The notes below the pieces were generated by a model. It saw only the letters and a program-made list of their open reading frames with translations, ran no database searches and had not been told where the DNA came from. From the IMG/VR virus record IMGVR_UViG_2522572021_000012: 45,413 nt of DNA. One strand, 5' to 3'. Below, piece after piece: positions 18,716 to 28,861 of the stretch; within the stretch, counting starts at the first letter, position 1; each line of letters starts with the position of its first letter. The translations under genes and the position numbers were made by a program. The stretch comes from a virus. Its lineage: Duplodnaviria; Heunggongvirae; Uroviricota; Caudoviricetes.

Positions 18716-20033
18716 TCTCTATGTCCTCGTCGGTAATGGACGCCCCGATGCCGGTTACGTCAGAATTTTCGCGCAAATCAGTCATAGCGGCTTTCAGTGT
18801 CATCAGACCATCACCCAGCGCCGTACTGATTGCGTTGGTAGTGTTTACGGCCACCGTTGAGCGGTCAACGTCAGACATTTGCCATAGCGGGTTAAACTCA
18901 AACGTGAAATCGTCCGGCAGCGGCTTACCGAGTTCCGAGCGGTGCATAATGTCCAGTATCCGACGCATCGGCATCCGTAAGCGGCGTTCCTGCAACGAGC
19001 TCACCCGGTCGTAATAGTTGGCAAGGTCTGCATCGCCGGTAGAAAATCCCTTCGGGGACTGCCCGAAAAGGCGCACCAGCGGGATACCAACGGCACCGCT
19101 TATCTGCTCAGCGAACTGCGAAAGAATGTCATCCAGACCACTGAAGCTGTACTGGTGGGTTTCGAACTTATCCCGCGAGTCCATGAGCGTCATACCTTCA
19201 TTGCTCTGGAACTGGCGGATCAGGTCGATGTTCTTCAGCAATGCTTCGAACGCCGGGCCTCCAAGCGCGATAAGCTCGCGCAACTTCTCCACGCTATAGG
19301 TACGCAGATGCGCTTTATAGACCAGCTGCGCCGCGCCAACAGTAGCGCTATCGAACGCAGTAAGCCGATCCCAGATACGCTCTACAACCGACATTCCCCA
19401 TTCGTTTTCGGTCATCTTCTGCTGGAATGGCAGCGTAACGCCATCAAAGCGGATCAGGCGGCTGTGATGGATGCGCCAGGCCGGAATGCCCGTTGCGGTG
19501 GTCACCACGTCGTAAAACTCAGGCTTGCCGAGGTCCGGCCCCATCTCTTTAATGCGGCGTGTCAGCACCGGGTTAATCATCCAGCGGTCGAGCGGGAGAA
19601 TGCCCTTAAACTTGCCCTCGCCAATGGTTTCGAGTCGCAGCGGGGTCATTGGTGCTTGCCCCTCGATCATGATGAAACCCACCGCGCCGCCGTAGAGACG
19701 CGACCATTTCAGCACGTCATTCAGCGCATCCCAGATCTGCAACTCATCAAGTTGTGATTCGAGAATGCCGCGATCTTTTGCATCAATTTCCGAAGTGATG
19801 CGAATGCCTTTGCGGGTCATATCATCCGGGATAGCGTCGACCGCTTCGCCGATAACCCACGATCCGCGATATGACCATTCCACCAGCATGCGGTTACGAC
19901 TGGTGAAATTAGCCCGGTAGGTGGATGCTGAGTGCTGGTTAGGTGTCTGCATTCCCACGCGGGCGACAAAGTTCTCATAGCCATCAGCGGTGGCCTGTGC
20001 CGTTCGCCGCGTGGCTTGTTTGTTTCGTGCCAT
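18567..20033 (-). CDS. portal protein
   Basis: 488-aa ORF directly downstream of the terminase large subunit (ATGA overlap); acidic C-terminus. Confidence 0.75.
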   Translation of the reverse strand: MARNKQATRRTAQATADGYENFVARVGMQTPNQHSASTYRANFTSRNRMLVEWSYRGSWVIGEAVDAIPDDMTRKGIRITSEIDAKDRGILESQLDELQIWDALNDVLKWSRLYGGAVGFIMIEGQAPMTPLRLETIGEGKFKGILPLDRWMINPVLTRRIKEMGPDLGKPEFYDVVTTATGIPAWRIHHSRLIRFDGVTLPFQQKMTENEWGMSVVERIWDRLTAFDSATVGAAQLVYKAHLRTYSVEKLRELIALGGPAFEALLKNIDLIRQFQSNEGMTLMDSRDKFETHQYSFSGLDDILSQFAEQISGAVGIPLVRLFGQSPKGFSTGDADLANYYDRVSSLQERRLRMPMRRILDIMHRSELGKPLPDDFTFEFNPLWQMSDVDRSTVAVNTTNAISTALGDGLMTLKAAMTDLRENSDVTGIGASITDEDIENAEDEAPPGIGELGDKPPESPGGDPISNEPTADSAGGRGYRKWSLRWFK

Positions 20034-21661
20034 CAGGCCTGTCTCCCTAGCAGCTCCCAGATGTTCAGGGCTGAATTCATTGGCGCGTAGCTGATCATCA
20101 CCGAGTCGGCAAGGTTTGGCGACCGGGTTCCATCAGGCTGTTTATCAATAACGATTTTTCCCACACCATTAATGGAATAGGTCGGCTGCGAAAGCTCGAT
20201 GATGAGTTTATCTTTGAGTGCCATGCTACTGCTGATTGAGATGATTTCGTCCGGGTTGTAAGCCATACCTTCAACCACGGCACGCCAGGTGTTCTGGAAA
20301 AGTTTACGTAACCGCCACCAGCTCTGGGCTTTGGCGTTAGCGAAGAAGTCCTTGTTCAGACGTGCGGCTTGCCCGTTGTCCCCGCGAACAGCTTCATCAT
20401 CCGGATCAAATACCGCGCCACTACCTCGAAACGGTGTGGCAAGTATTGACGGTCGACGCGCAGCGTTACGCAGTTCGTTGATAGCGCGTGCATCGCCGCG
20501 AACGCCAGCGCCCAGCCCGTCCTCGTCAAAGCGAAACTCTTCGAGGTTGTCCTGTTCGCAAAAGCCGAAAACCTTCTCGACGGACTGATAAATGTCGCTG
20601 CCCACACCGGACCATTCCCGCACATTTTCCAGGAGGAAGCCATGACGGGTGGAAAAGGCATTTTTGTCCCTGCCTTCGTCGGCGACATCCATCGCGCCAA
20701 GTCGTTTGCCTGTTGGCTGGATACCCAGTTTGATATGCGCATCAACGGCAGCCTGTACCCATTCGGATGGAATCAGGACGCCTTCCGCTGATGCGCTGTA
20801 GTTCAGATCAAGTTCCTGTGCCACCACCACCGGATTATCGATTTTCTCGCATTCCCTGCGATACCACTCTTCATCCTTGCGAGGATCATCCCGCCAGTGG
20901 AATGTGAATACCGGTATCTTCCCGCCATGACGCTTCTGAGCGAACGGGTTCGCCATGCCGTTAACTGAACTCAGGTCAATACGGCAACGCGTCGTTTGTG
21001 ACAACGCCGCATCAATCAGCAGAGGACGCTGAAGGAATGCAGCCTCATCAACCAGATAAAGCGTGGTACGGTCACCACGTCCGATATTGTCGCCAGCCTC
21101 GCCTTTGATAACCGCGCCAGTATCTGGAAACTCAACGCGCATATACGGCGCATGCTTCTTCTCGTCCCACGAACCACGAAACTCGATGGGCAGTGTTTCC
21201 ACGAACTTTCGCGCCTTCCAGAACAGCGCCTTCGGGTCACCGGTGCTGTCGACGTATTCCTCTTTACGGGAGCCGAAACCGATAACCATTTCTTTGTTGA
21301 AGAGACAAAGCGAGCAGGCCAGCCCGATCGCGGTCCAACTGAGCCCCATTTCGCGGCTCTTTTCGGTGATGCCGTTCTCCAGTCGTTCGCGCCGCTCCAT
21401 GATCCAGTGAATCCACTCTTCCTGTTTCGGGAACAGCAGAAAAGGGATGGTGACCGGCAGGCCATAATCGATGTTACGCGGGTCAGTCGTCATACCCCAG
21501 TCGATGATGAACTGTGCCGGGTTGGTGCGGTAAAACTGCTTTAGCGCTGGCAGCATTTCAGGGTTCTGGCGAATGCGCTGTAAGCGCTCCATCCGCCATT
21601 CAAAAACCATCTGGTAATCAGGGTTTCTGAAATCGAATTCAAACGGGAGAGGCATGATCAC
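20033..21661 (-). CDS. terminase large subunit
   Basis: 542-aa ORF coupled to the upstream small-subunit candidate and downstream portal; recognised as TerL-like. Confidence 0.8.
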   Translation of the reverse strand: MIMPLPFEFDFRNPDYQMVFEWRMERLQRIRQNPEMLPALKQFYRTNPAQFIIDWGMTTDPRNIDYGLPVTIPFLLFPKQEEWIHWIMERRERLENGITEKSREMGLSWTAIGLACSLCLFNKEMVIGFGSRKEEYVDSTGDPKALFWKARKFVETLPIEFRGSWDEKKHAPYMRVEFPDTGAVIKGEAGDNIGRGDRTTLYLVDEAAFLQRPLLIDAALSQTTRCRIDLSSVNGMANPFAQKRHGGKIPVFTFHWRDDPRKDEEWYRRECEKIDNPVVVAQELDLNYSASAEGVLIPSEWVQAAVDAHIKLGIQPTGKRLGAMDVADEGRDKNAFSTRHGFLLENVREWSGVGSDIYQSVEKVFGFCEQDNLEEFRFDEDGLGAGVRGDARAINELRNAARRPSILATPFRGSGAVFDPDDEAVRGDNGQAARLNKDFFANAKAQSWWRLRKLFQNTWRAVVEGMAYNPDEIISISSSMALKDKLIIELSQPTYSINGVGKIVIDKQPDGTRSPNLADSVMISYAPMNSALNIWELLGRQA

Positions 21662-22131
21662 CCCATCATCTTGCGGTAAATCTCTGCGGCCTGATCTGCG
21701 GTGAGGTTGGTCGTCTCGGTCTTGATTGGGCCGCCATCCTTGCCAGTGCTTTCAACCTTCAGCTTATTGGTGTAAGCGTCGCCAACCTCTTTCGCGGCCT
21801 GTTCAATCAGCTGCGCCGTCAGGGAGAAGTTTTTCATCCCCTCGGTTTTGGTTGCCATGCGGTCAAGCACGCGGAGGCGATATGATTTGTTCGCGATCGG
21901 AATGTCGCTGGTTTCGGTCAGGAACCGTTCGCGCGTCGCGTGGAACATCTCGATCCACTTTTTGGCGAGCGTCTTACCGCTGGCCTTCGTGGGGTCGTGA
22001 GATTCAGCCTGCTGGCGGGTGATCTTGATCCCGAATTCTTTTTGGACAGCCTCGACCACCTGCGATGGCGTGTCATAGCACGCAAGCGACTGAATGATGA
22101 AGGCTTTCACATCAGATTTTAATGCAGCCAT
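21658..22131 (-). CDS. terminase small subunit candidate
   Basis: 157-aa ORF overlapping the TerL start; assignment by position. Confidence 0.5.
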   Translation of the reverse strand: MAALKSDVKAFIIQSLACYDTPSQVVEAVQKEFGIKITRQQAESHDPTKASGKTLAKKWIEMFHATRERFLTETSDIPIANKSYRLRVLDRMATKTEGMKNFSLTAQLIEQAAKEVGDAYTNKLKVESTGKDGGPIKTETTNLTADQAAEIYRKMMG

Positions 22132-22162
22132 AAATCACCATTCGTCTTATACAGTCCAGTAT

Positions 22163-22783
22163 TTAAGCCAGTCGCAGCATGCACGTCCCGCACGCTCTGG
22201 CAATATCGAGATGAGCAACCTCCGCTGGCTGATTCGCCACATCAATCATTTCCTGCACGTCCCGGCTCGCACCGTAACGGCGAACCACGCCCACAAACTC
22301 TTCCACGTCATGGCCGCGCAGCTTCAGCTTTGGCTGCCCTTCCTGCGTGAACTTCGGCGCGCCAAATTCATCTGTCGCCTGGCAGATGTGATAAAGCTCG
22401 TGCTCTATCAGCGCGCAGAATTCCAGATCGGAACATTGCGAACAGTAATCGGCTGCCAGCGTGATGATGAACTGCGGCACCCTGCCGAACCATTCATACA
22501 TCTGCTGCTCCATCCGCGCTTTTTGCCAGCCTCCGGCACGCATTGCCACTTCTTCCGCCTGCCCAAGCACGGAACGCCCTTTCTTCTCGAAAGCGTTCGA
22601 CGCCCAGAGAAAGCACAGATCCGCTTCAAGCAAATGCTGGTGATCAGGGTTGTAGAGGTCACCCTCATCGCTCAGGATGTGCTGATTCAGCCACTCGCCA
22701 ACGTCACTGGCGGGCATTATGCTGATGTACGGCTTCGGGTCAGGTGGCATCGTAAAATGCGATGGTGGGTGTGGTCTGTTCAT
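22163..22783 (-). CDS. HExxH zinc-metallopeptidase-like protein with two CxxC pairs
   Basis: 206 aa; motifs CSQC, IEHELYH and C-terminal CGTC read directly; sits between spanin and terminase genes in the late operon. Confidence 0.6.
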   Translation of the reverse strand: MNRPHPPSHFTMPPDPKPYISIMPASDVGEWLNQHILSDEGDLYNPDHQHLLEADLCFLWASNAFEKKGRSVLGQAEEVAMRAGGWQKARMEQQMYEWFGRVPQFIITLAADYCSQCSDLEFCALIEHELYHICQATDEFGAPKFTQEGQPKLKLRGHDVEEFVGVVRRYGASRDVQEMIDVANQPAEVAHLDIARACGTCMLRLA

Positions 22784-22839
22784 GAATAATTCCAGTGCTC
22801 CATTATCGAAGCCCCTCAGTGTGAAGGGCTTCTGTAATG

Positions 22840-23025
22840 TCAGTCCCGGACGAACGTAACCTTTGTGGTTATCATTCGCCGTACAAGGCGCGTCGCTTCG
22901 CGTTGCATTTCATCAATTACTTTTGGTGTCAGCGGCTGACGCGCATATTTGCGCTCAATCTCTGCAAAAATCCCGTTCAGCGCCTCGCTGTCTGGTGGGG
23001 TAACTTCAACGTTTAATCGTGCCAT
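22840..23025 (-). CDS. small hypothetical protein (possible ribbon-helix-helix)
   Basis: ORF 22840-23112 trimmed to MARLNVEVTPP (61 aa); short, low support. Confidence 0.35.
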   Translation of the reverse strand: MARLNVEVTPPDSEALNGIFAEIERKYARQPLTPKVIDEMQREATRLVRRMITTKVTFVRD

Positions 23026-23284
23026 CGGTTTGTCCTGCCCTGTTGTTCTCGAAAGTCCTGATATCAGCCTTATCCCTGTTGCACTGCGCCAGCGCTGACA
23101 GCAACGCGACATTCAGATCAAGACTTGCTCCCCACGTAAACGGGTCGGGTAATTCTGGCTGGGGTGTTTCAGCCGTCAGGCTGGCTGGTAATGGAACTAC
23201 CGGAACCGGCACGTAGACCGTTCGCGTATTCGTGCAGCCGCTTAACTGCGCCAGCAGGGACAGGGCGATTAGTGCAATCATCAT
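23006..23284 (-). CDS. Rz1: o-spanin (Rz1-like outer-membrane lipoprotein)
   Basis: Start at MMIALIALSLLAQLSGC inside ORF 23006-23350; lipobox LSGC and proline-rich VYVPVPVVPLP; overlaps the 3' end of the i-spanin gene in another frame. Confidence 0.6.
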   Translation of the reverse strand: MMIALIALSLLAQLSGCTNTRTVYVPVPVVPLPASLTAETPQPELPDPFTWGASLDLNVALLSALAQCNRDKADIRTFENNRAGQTDGTIKR

Positions 23285-23561
23285 TCGCAACAGCAACCCG
23301 GATATCAGCCGAGGCTCCCGATGCGTCCAGTGCGATCTGCTCTTTTGCATGCTGGTTAGCCTCTATAACTGTATTGATGATTTGCAGTGATTGCAGAACG
23401 TTACGGGTAATGGCAGTTGCTGATTCAGCATTTCGTACAGCCTCATCAGCACGCTCCTTTTCGTGCTGATATTTGCTGTAGTAATGCCCAGCAGACCAGA
23501 TGAAGGAACCAATGACGGTAACAACGAAGGCAACAATAACCAGCCTATATCTCAGCTTCAT
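23169..23561 (-). CDS. Rz: i-spanin (Rz-like)
   Basis: 130 aa; N-terminal transmembrane helix then charged helical region; immediately downstream of the endolysin. Confidence 0.7.
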   Translation of the reverse strand: MKLRYRLVIVAFVVTVIGSFIWSAGHYYSKYQHEKERADEAVRNAESATAITRNVLQSLQIINTVIEANQHAKEQIALDASGASADIRVAVANDDCTNRPVPAGAVKRLHEYANGLRAGSGSSITSQPDG

Positions 23562-24021
23562 TTACTACCCCACCAGCTTTTTTAAATCGGGCAATCAGGT
23601 CACCGATTTTATGTTCATACTGACCGTAACCTGCACCAGGTAACGACGCCCAGATATTGCTGCAACGATCGATAGCCTGACGGATATCACCGCGATCAAT
23701 CATCGGTAAAGCGCCACGTTCTTTAATCTGCTGCAATGCCACTGCGTCCTGGCTTTTGGGGGAGAAGTCTTTCAGGCCAAGCTGCTTACGATAGGCATCC
23801 CACCAACGGGAAAGAAGCTGATAACGTCCGGCTGCTGTTGATTTGAGTTTGGGGTTTAGCGTGACAAGTTTGCGAGGGTGATCGGAGTAATCAGTGAATA
23901 GCTCTCCTCCTACAATGACGTCATAACCATGATTTCTGGTTTTCTGACGTCCGTTATCAGTTCCCTCTGACCATGCCAGCATATCGAGGAACGCCTTACG
24001 TTGATTATTGATTCCCACCAT
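23545..24021 (-). CDS. R: endolysin, lambda R-type lytic transglycosylase
   Basis: 158 aa, near-identical by eye to lambda R ([24 protein letters not shown]...). Confidence 0.9.
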   Translation of the reverse strand: MVGINNQRKAFLDMLAWSEGTDNGRQKTRNHGYDVIVGGELFTDYSDHPRKLVTLNPKLKSTAAGRYQLLSRWWDAYRKQLGLKDFSPKSQDAVALQQIKERGALPMIDRGDIRQAIDRCSNIWASLPGAGYGQYEHKIGDLIARFKKAGGVVNEAEI

Positions 24022-24328
24022 CTTCTACTCCGGCTTTTTTAGCAGCGAAGCGTTTGATAAGCGAACCAATCGAGTCAGTACCGATGTAGCCGATGAACAC
24101 GCTCGTTATATAAGCGAGATTGCTACTTAGTCCGGCGAGGTCGAGAAGATCACGAATGAACCATGCGATAATGGCGCACATCGTTGCGTCGATTACTGTT
24201 TTTGTAAACGCACCGCCATTATATCTGCCGCGAAGGTACGCCATTGCAAACGCAAGGATTGCCCCGATGCCTTGTTCCTTTGCCGCGAGAATGGCGGCTA
24301 ACAGGTCATTTTTTTCTGGCATCTTCAT
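24005..24328 (-). CDS. S: class I holin, lambda S-type
   Basis: 107 aa beginning MKMPEK (dual-start motif), near-identical by eye to lambda S. Confidence 0.9.
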   Translation of the reverse strand: MKMPEKNDLLAAILAAKEQGIGAILAFAMAYLRGRYNGGAFTKTVIDATMCAIIAWFIRDLLDLAGLSSNLAYITSVFIGYIGTDSIGSLIKRFAAKKAGVEDGGNQ

Positions 24329-24570
24329 GTCTTACCCCCAATAAGGGGATTTGCTCTATTTAATTAGGAATATGGTCGGTTACTGATAGAACAAATCCAG
24401 GCTACTGTGTTTAGTAATCAGATTTGTTCGTGACCGATATGCACGGGCAAAACGGCAGGAGGTTGTTAGGGCAACCTCATGCCACCCGCTTTCACGAAGG
24501 TCATGCGTAGAATGCCGCAGCGTAACTATCACTGATGAATTCAGGATAGCCAGTGGCTACGGCTCAGTTA

Positions 24571-24646
24571 TGGTGCTGGTTAACGGACTTGAACCGTTAC
24601 CCATTCGCTTACAAGGCGACTGCTCTACCATTGGAGCTAAACCAGC
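24571..24646 (-). tRNA. tRNA, anticodon read as UGU (Thr)
   Basis: 76-nt cloverleaf: acceptor GCTGGTT/AACCAGC, D-stem GCTC/GAGC, anticodon loop CTTGTAA, T-loop TTCAAGT, 3' ACCA; folded by eye. Confidence 0.65.
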
Positions 24647-24651
24647 ATATT

Positions 24652-24726
24652 TGGCGGGACAGCGTGGACTCGAACCACGATAAGAAGGTTAACAGCCTTC
24701 CGTAATGACCTTTATACGACTGACCC
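24652..24726 (-). tRNA. tRNA-like gene, anticodon read as GUU (Asn), with acceptor-stem mismatch
   Basis: 75 nt: perfect anticodon stem GAAGG/CCTTC with loop CTGTTAA, T-arm CGTGG-TTCGAGT-CCACG, 3' GCCA; U4:U68 and one D-stem mismatch. Confidence 0.5.
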
Positions 24727-24789
24727 AAATAAAAAAAGCCACCGTTGCAACTTAAGAGTCACTAACGGCAGCTTACCTGCTAATTATGG

Positions 24790-25308
24790 CTAAATGGCTA
24801 ATTGCATGTCAAGACTTTTAACAGCAACATGCTTAACTTTCTCAACACGTTTACGCATTTTGAAAGCATTTTGCATTGGCTGGTACAAAACAAATAACGA
24901 CGCTTTCAGGATGTCGTCAATTTCGTTTCTACAGGTTGCCATTGAAGGTTTTCTCCATCCCTCGCCACCACGTCCACACATCTTGCGTGGCTTTGCAGTC
25001 GCGTGATAGTAGGATGCAATTGCTCGCTTAGATGAACCATGAGCGTAGTAGCTGAGGAGGATGCCAAAGGCTTTCTTGTCAATGTACATGACGGAATCGA
25101 CGACCTGAGAAATCAACATTCCATCATCATCATTACACATTGGCCTTGTCATAACTCTTCCCGGCTCTACGCTCTCCATGAACTTCGCTATTACGCTGCT
25201 CATGCGCTTTTCCAGACGACCTGAATAAACCCATGCGCCCCACAGTTCAAGCCAGCCATTCAGCCACTCATGCTGTTCTTTGGTGAGGTTTAGTTCTCTT
25301 ATGCCCAC
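24790..25308 (-). CDS. late-gene antiterminator Q-like protein (positional call)
   Basis: 172-aa ORF between the nin region and the tRNA/lysis genes, where lambdoid phages carry Q; sequence not matched to a Q family from memory. Confidence 0.5.
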   Translation of the reverse strand: MGIRELNLTKEQHEWLNGWLELWGAWVYSGRLEKRMSSVIAKFMESVEPGRVMTRPMCNDDDGMLISQVVDSVMYIDKKAFGILLSYYAHGSSKRAIASYYHATAKPRKMCGRGGEGWRKPSMATCRNEIDDILKASLFVLYQPMQNAFKMRKRVEKVKHVAVKSLDMQLAI

Positions 25309-25970
25309 GCGCCTTCTCCCTGTACCTGAATCAATGTGAGGTTTCCGCAGAACACTGCGCCGGTATCGATATACATCTGGTTGGCAAATTTGAGTGGTTT
25401 CACTGCTGGCGTATGACCAAAGATGAACGTGTCCGCGCCTTTGATTTCTTTCACGATCCCGTCTTGTGAGTTGCTGATTCGTTCGCGGTTCCAGATTACC
25501 TGCTGATGATCAACTGGCTTTCCAAACTCGTATTCGTCACAAGGATAATCGGCGTGGCAGATGACATATTTTTTATCTTTGCTCACCAGTTCGATGATTA
25601 ACGGAAGTTCATCTGCTTTATGGGCAAGAGCTTTAGCCAGAATTTCTTTGTCGTAATCGAGATTAAAGAACCAGCCACCGCCATTAAGCAGCCAGTGATT
25701 GACGTTTCCGCGCTCTGATAAGCCATCAATCATCATTTGCTCATGGTTTCCACGTACAGCTCTGAACCAGGGGAATGTGATTAATTCCAGGCATTCGACG
25801 TTCTCTGCACCGCGATCGACCAAATCGCCAACCGAGATAAGCAGGTCTTTTTGGGTGTCGAATCCTATCGTCTCCAGTTTTTTCATCAGGTTCGTGTAGC
25901 ATCCGTGCAGATCGCCAACTACCCAAATATTTCGGTATTTGCTGCCATCAATTCTTTCGTAATAGCGCAT
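25299..25970 (-). CDS. Ser/Thr protein phosphatase (lambda PPase / NinI-like)
   Basis: Start at [12 protein letters not shown] within ORF 25299-26045; GDLHG, GDLVDRG and GNHE metallophosphatase motifs; GGAG RBS. Confidence 0.85.
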   Translation of the reverse strand: MRYYERIDGSKYRNIWVVGDLHGCYTNLMKKLETIGFDTQKDLLISVGDLVDRGAENVECLELITFPWFRAVRGNHEQMMIDGLSERGNVNHWLLNGGGWFFNLDYDKEILAKALAHKADELPLIIELVSKDKKYVICHADYPCDEYEFGKPVDHQQVIWNRERISNSQDGIVKEIKGADTFIFGHTPAVKPLKFANQMYIDTGAVFCGNLTLIQVQGEGAWA

Positions 25971-26154
25971 CTCTTTCACTCCATCCACGATGAACCATAA
26001 GAACGTCGTTGACGATGGCGTGCATTTTCCCGTCTTTATCATCAACGTATTTTCTGACCGTGCCGCGACTACATTTCAGTCTGCGTGCTACTTCTGTCTG
26101 GTTTCCGTATGCTTCAACGAGCATGTCTGGAATGGTTTTTACTGAGAACGTCAT
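25948..26154 (-). CDS. ninH: NinH-like protein
   Basis: Start at [12 protein letters not shown] within ORF 25948-26196; ATGA coupling with the rusA stop; recognised as lambda NinH-like. Confidence 0.7.
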   Translation of the reverse strand: MTFSVKTIPDMLVEAYGNQTEVARRLKCSRGTVRKYVDDKDGKMHAIVNDVLMVHRGWSERDALLRKN

Positions 26155-26546
26155 GCGGCCTCCAGTAGCTCTGTAATCATTGGCAAACTGCCGCATGTTT
26201 CAGTCACAACCAACAAAAGCATTCCGCCTTTAATCGCCTGATAGCGAATGACGCGCATATCGTCTATCTGACCGTCATCCAGCCAGAAGCCCGCACTGGT
26301 GAGTGCGTCAAAAACGGCTTTTGGCAGATTGTCCAAATCTCGTTTGCGGTTATCGGGAGGTGCTGCGTGGATGGTTATTCTGATGCGAGGTGTGATTTTG
26401 ATGTCTAGCTGTTGTTGCTGGATTAATTCGATTACTTCTTCTTGGTATCTCTTCCCCCAGTCGCTGATGTAGTGGATCCCTCTTGAGTGTCGCCAATATC
26501 GGTTGTTTGAAGGAGGCCACGGCAATTTTATTCGGTAGGTTTTCAT
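26151..26546 (-). CDS. rusA: Holliday-junction resolvase RusA
   Basis: 131 aa; recognised as RusA-like (DLDNLPKAVFDAL region). Confidence 0.8.
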   Translation of the reverse strand: MKTYRIKLPWPPSNNRYWRHSRGIHYISDWGKRYQEEVIELIQQQQLDIKITPRIRITIHAAPPDNRKRDLDNLPKAVFDALTSAGFWLDDGQIDDMRVIRYQAIKGGMLLLVVTETCGSLPMITELLEAA

Positions 26547-26833
26547 GACTTAATCTTCCCCTCCTTCAGCAGTATCGCCTGCGTCCTGATCACGCCTTCG
26601 AGGTGGTAAAGTCTGGCGTCTTTGTTGTCGAGAATCATTGTGCGTCGGTCGATTTCATCGTGACACGCGCTACAAGCCCATGCGCCGATCAGGTCGTCAG
26701 GCTTCATTCCAGTTCCGCAAATTCCAGCCATCCGGTAATGTGCCAGAACTGTAGTTTCAGGATTACCATTGCATACGCCGTAAATACGTACCTGGCATTC
26801 TCTGCCGCGTGCTTCTTTGCGTAGGTTAGCCAT
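26543..26833 (-). CDS. Cys-rich nin-region protein (YbcO/DUF1364-like)
   Basis: 96 aa with several Cys/His; upstream of rusA as in DLP12; family recalled. Confidence 0.55.
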   Translation of the reverse strand: MANLRKEARGRECQVRIYGVCNGNPETTVLAHYRMAGICGTGMKPDDLIGAWACSACHDEIDRRTMILDNKDARLYHLEGVIRTQAILLKEGKIKS

Positions 26834-27558
26834 TAAGCAGCCTCCCCGGTTACTTTCAGCATTCCGTTATCGAGCAGCTTTCTGGTCAGCCACTGTTGGC
26901 CACGTCCGGTGATTTTTGTAGTGAACGATATCTGTATTCCGTGATTTGTGTTGACCGCTGTTTCTTTCACTGTGAAATAGCCGCGATCCATATATTCCTG
27001 CATTGGCACATTGCGCCGGGAACCTGAAGCAATAAGGATTTTGTGATCGCGCATCAACGCAAACAGTTTGTTTGGACCAATTCCAACAACCTTTGCAAAG
27101 TTTCCAATCAAAATTCCGCTGGCCTCGCCAACGCGATCGGCAAACTCAACTTTAGGTGCGGCAATTGCGAGCTGGTTTTCCAGTTGCATTTTCTGCTCAG
27201 CAAGATCAGCAGCAAGGCGCAACGCTTCCGGTAGCGTTTTGGGGATATTAACCGCAGCTTCTTCAAGCTCTCGCCAGCGGTCAACAAGGCGAGCGGTGAA
27301 CTCTGGCGACAATTGGGCGACGACAATAATGCTGTCTCGCTTTCCTTGTTCGCCCTCGAAGACGTAGAAATAACGCTTCCCGGTAATAACACCTAAATCA
27401 TTGATTATGTTAGTGTGCTGCAATGCAGGAGGCTTGATAACGCCACGTTTCACCAATCTATCTATGGATACTTTTACATTGCTATGGCGGCTTTCTACCA
27501 ACTCAGCGATTTCAATGCTTGTCATTTTGATGGCGTTGCCATTTATTAACTCATTCAT
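26833..27558 (-). CDS. phage antirepressor-like protein
   Basis: 241-aa ORF recognised by eye as antirepressor-like (Rha/KilAC type); ATGA-coupled to ninF-like gene. Confidence 0.6.
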   Translation of the reverse strand: MNELINGNAIKMTSIEIAELVESRHSNVKVSIDRLVKRGVIKPPALQHTNIINDLGVITGKRYFYVFEGEQGKRDSIIVVAQLSPEFTARLVDRWRELEEAAVNIPKTLPEALRLAADLAEQKMQLENQLAIAAPKVEFADRVGEASGILIGNFAKVVGIGPNKLFALMRDHKILIASGSRRNVPMQEYMDRGYFTVKETAVNTNHGIQISFTTKITGRGQQWLTRKLLDNGMLKVTGEAA

Positions 27559-27721
27559 CGTCTTCTTCCTCGTACATTGAGCTATTCGGATCGCTCATCA
27601 GCTCTGCGCAGCAATCGGAGCACACGTGAACTTCCAGCATATGCAGCTTCTGACCGCAGTTAGCGCAAGTTAAAGCCCGCTCGACGCTTTCTTGTTCGTA
27701 ACTTCGATTTGGGTCAATCAC
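27551..27721 (-). CDS. NinF-like small Cys-rich protein (GTG start)
   Basis: Not in ORF track; frame reads (M)[59 protein letters not shown] overlap with ninE stop, ATGA overlap with antirepressor start. Confidence 0.5.
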   Translation of the reverse strand: MIDPNRSYEQESVERALTCANCGQKLHMLEVHVCSDCCAELMSDPNSSMYEEEDDE

Positions 27722-27900
27722 CTTGTTTTCCTCGCACGTTCTCTAAGCCACCGGATATCCCACAGGTGAGCCGTGTAGTTGAAGGTTTTTACGTCAGATT
27801 CTTTTGGGATTGGCTTGCGTTTATTTCTGGAGCGCTTCGTTGGAAGGTATTTGCAGTTTTCACAGATGATGTCGGTAATACTTCGTCGCTGTCGCCTCAT
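27718..27900 (-). CDS. ninE: NinE-like protein
   Basis: Start at [20 protein letters not shown] within ORF 27718-27990 (60 aa); recognised as lambda NinE-like. Confidence 0.7.
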   Translation of the reverse strand: MRRQRRSITDIICENCKYLPTKRSRNKRKPIPKESDVKTFNYTAHLWDIRWLRERARKTR

Positions 27901-28424
27901 GCTGCCCTCCTGACGCCCTGCCCGATCGCCATCAATGCCGCTTTGGATACGGTAGTAAACATCCGTCGAGGACTGATGAACGGTCGCCAAATCAGCAGCA
28001 TGGAGCCTTTGCTGTTTCCCTTCTTCTCCAGCCCTGTCGATGGTTCGATAAAATTAATCCGTCCATCAGTGATAATGCGAACTTCGTCAACGCTCTCCAG
28101 AGCCTTGCTGAACCATCCGACTGACATATCCTCTGGCACAAGCATAACTACCGTCTGTCGCTGTTGTATGCACTGCTCAGCGGCTTTTTCCACCCACGGC
28201 CTGATATTGCTGTACGGTGGGTTATTCCAGATTGCACCGTGGCTTACCCACTCAGAATTGAGCGCGTCGTCGGCCTCAGTTAGCCAGTGAGCACACAGAG
28301 CATTTTTGTCGCTCGCTGCCGAATCCAGCCAGAATCCAAACTCAATATCCAGTGCATCAAAAAGCCAAAGCGGCGTTCGCCAGCAGTCCTTGTCGTGTGC
28401 TGGCGTATTTGATTTGATAGTCAT
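27897..28424 (-). CDS. DNA N6-adenine methyltransferase (phage Dam-like)
   Basis: Start at [15 protein letters not shown] within ORF 27897-28484; catalytic NPPY motif read directly; ATGA-coupled to ninB. Confidence 0.7.
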   Translation of the reverse strand: MTIKSNTPAHDKDCWRTPLWLFDALDIEFGFWLDSAASDKNALCAHWLTEADDALNSEWVSHGAIWNNPPYSNIRPWVEKAAEQCIQQRQTVVMLVPEDMSVGWFSKALESVDEVRIITDGRINFIEPSTGLEKKGNSKGSMLLIWRPFISPRRMFTTVSKAALMAIGQGVRRAA

Positions 28425-28861
28425 GCAGCCCGATCTCCCCATCGCGCTTTCCATTCGAGAGCCAGTCGCGCTTCGTCTGACCACTTAACGCCACGCTCTG
28501 TACCGAATGCCTGTATAAGCTCTAATAGCTCCGCAAATTCGTTTACACGCATCCTGCTGGTTGACTGGCCTATTACCACAAAGCCATTCCCGGCAAGGTT
28601 AGGAACAACATCCTGCTGCTTTAATGCTGCGGTAAACACACACTTCCAGCTTTCTGCATCCAGCCAGCGCCCATGCCATTCAACCTGACGAGAGACGTCA
28701 CCAAGGCAAGCCCAAAGCTTTCGATTCTGGTCTAAGCTGCGGTTGCGTTCCTGAATGGTTACTACGATTGGTTTGGTTGGGTCTGGAAGAATTTGCTGTA
28801 CCGCGTGAATAGCGTTTTGCTGATGTACTGGGGATCGAATTTCAAAGGTTAGTTTTTTCAT
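28421..28861 (-). CDS. ninB: recombination protein NinB
   Basis: 146 aa, near-identical by eye to lambda NinB (MKKLTFEIRSP...). Confidence 0.85.
   Translation of the reverse strand: MKKLTFEIRSPVHQQNAIHAVQQILPDPTKPIVVTIQERNRSLDQNRKLWACLGDVSRQVEWHGRWLDAESWKCVFTAALKQQDVVPNLAGNGFVVIGQSTSRMRVNEFAELLELIQAFGTERGVKWSDEARLALEWKARWGDRAA

Noticed and set aside
21016-21465. 149-aa minus-strand ORF within the terminase large-subunit gene
   Set aside because: Different frame of the same strand inside a confidently called gene; Arg/Ser-rich artefact.
24459-24478. 7-bp GC hairpin (GAGGTTG...CAACCTC) between the tRNAs and S, considered as tR'
   Set aside because: No U-tract on either strand; cannot call a terminator from this alone.
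24329-24570. Toxin or other virulence cargo between the tRNAs and the holin (Stx-phage position)
   Set aside because: Only ~240 nt with no ORF; no stx-like genes present.
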